Positions 53,142 through 53,638 of a DNA stretch of 53,638 nucleotides are shown here, in pieces. The DNA comes from an uncultured Actinomycetota bacterium (GTDB lineage Bacteria; Actinomycetota; Nitriliruptoria; Nitriliruptorales; Nitriliruptoraceae): NCBI GenBank assembly GCA_964608935.1, contig CAZSQF010000001.1, positions 1 through 53,638 on the forward strand. The letters run 5' to 3'. Under the pieces are notes generated by a model that saw nothing but the letters and a program-made list of their open reading frames with translations, ran no database searches and had not been told where the DNA came from. The translations under genes and the position numbers were made by a program. How positions within the stretch are numbered: the stretch's first letter is position 1; the number at the start of each line of letters is the position of its first letter.

Positions 53142-53638
53142 ACGTGCTCACGTCCGGGTGTCCGGGCCTGGGCCTCGGGGAGCCGGATGACCGAGGCGCC
53201 CCGGTAGGCGGTCTCCCACAGCAGTTCCCGGGCCTTGTGATCGTCGCGCTGCTCCACGGCGTGGGCGAGTCGAAGGACCGCATGCCGGACATCGGTGGGA
53301 CCGAGCAGCCGGGGATGCAGTTGCAGGATCTTCGGGTGCGAGGTCGCAACTGGGTGCTCGTCGTCGCTGTTGAGCTCCTCCTCGAGCTTCTCCCCCGGCC
53401 GCAGCCCGGTGACCTCGATGCGCATGTCGACCCCGGCCCGGTAGCCGGCGAGCGAGATCATCCGGTTCGCCAGATCGACGATCCGGACCGGCTCGCCCAT
53501 GTCCAGCATGAACACCTCGCGATCCTGTGCCAGAGCGGCCGCCTGTAGGACCAACTGGACCGCTTCCGGGATGCTCATAAAGTACCGGGTCACGTCGGGG
53601 TGGGTGACGGTGACCGGACCACCCTGACGGATCTGGCG
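53138..53638 (-). CDS. CapD/PglF/WbpM-type nucleotide-sugar 4,6-dehydratase, C-terminal part (5' end lies outside the window)
   Basis: ...GGPVTVTHPDVTRYFMSIPEAVQLVLQAAAL...GEPVRIVDLA...LRPGEKLEEEL. An ATGA overlap joins it to the tyrosine kinase start. Confidence 0.85.
   Translation of the reverse strand, partial: RQIRQGGPVTVTHPDVTRYFMSIPEAVQLVLQAAALAQDREVFMLDMGEPVRIVDLANRMISLAGYRAGVDMRIEVTGLRPGEKLEEELNSDDEHPVATSHPKILQLHPRLLGPTDVRHAVLRLAHAVEQRDDHKARELLWETAYRGASVIRLPEAQARTPGREHV

Noticed and set aside
1-53638. Scan for tRNA, rRNA and other canonical RNA genes in all intergenic gaps longer than 60 bp
   Set aside because: I recognised no cloverleaf-compatible segments and no rRNA-like conserved blocks. 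This was by eye only, so tRNAscan/Infernal should confirm it.

Overview
High-GC DNA of actinobacterial type (hand counts about 68-70% in typical stretches). Almost the whole window is one large cell-surface glycan locus (EPS, O-antigen or teichoic-like). I call about 50 protein genes and found no rRNA, tRNA or CRISPR by eye. Left end: a frameshifted DUF222/HNH gene and a heptad-repeat membrane protein. The rest holds five GT4 glycosyltransferases, one GT2, two nucleotide-sugar dehydrogenases, a UXS-like SDR, an IspD/TarI-like cytidylyltransferase and an RfbF / oxidoreductase / RmlC-like CDP-sugar operon. It also holds a PglC-like initiating phosphoglycosyl transferase with a PglD/NeuD-like acetyltransferase, a polysaccharide deacetylase, a PglK/MsbA-like ABC exporter, a Wzy-like membrane protein, a Wzz/BY-kinase and a partial CapD-like dehydratase. 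Three things stand out. (1) A translationally coupled minus-strand operon (47.8-53.6 kb) places two PqqD-like (RRE) proteins, an NTP_transf_5-type nucleotidyltransferase and a possible P-loop-less HprK-like protein between the tyrosine kinase and a GT4, with no RiPP enzymes nearby. (2) An island of atypical composition (about 30.3-46.1 kb, locally near 50% GC) combines a PP-loop ATPase, a free-standing carrier protein, an ATP-grasp_ST ligase, a FAAL-like adenylating enzyme, a HAD/kinase pair and several LbH acetyltransferases. That set suggests carrier-dependent aminoacyl or acyl decoration of the glycan. (3) There are decay and mobility scars: an IS256 remnant truncating an acetyltransferase paralogue, an IS1380-like transposase tail beside a truncated carbamoyltransferase, and a 21-bp duplication across a stop codon. 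All family calls rest on by-eye motif recognition and need HMM/BLAST confirmation. Many long Arg/Pro-rich ORFs in the track are antisense shadows.
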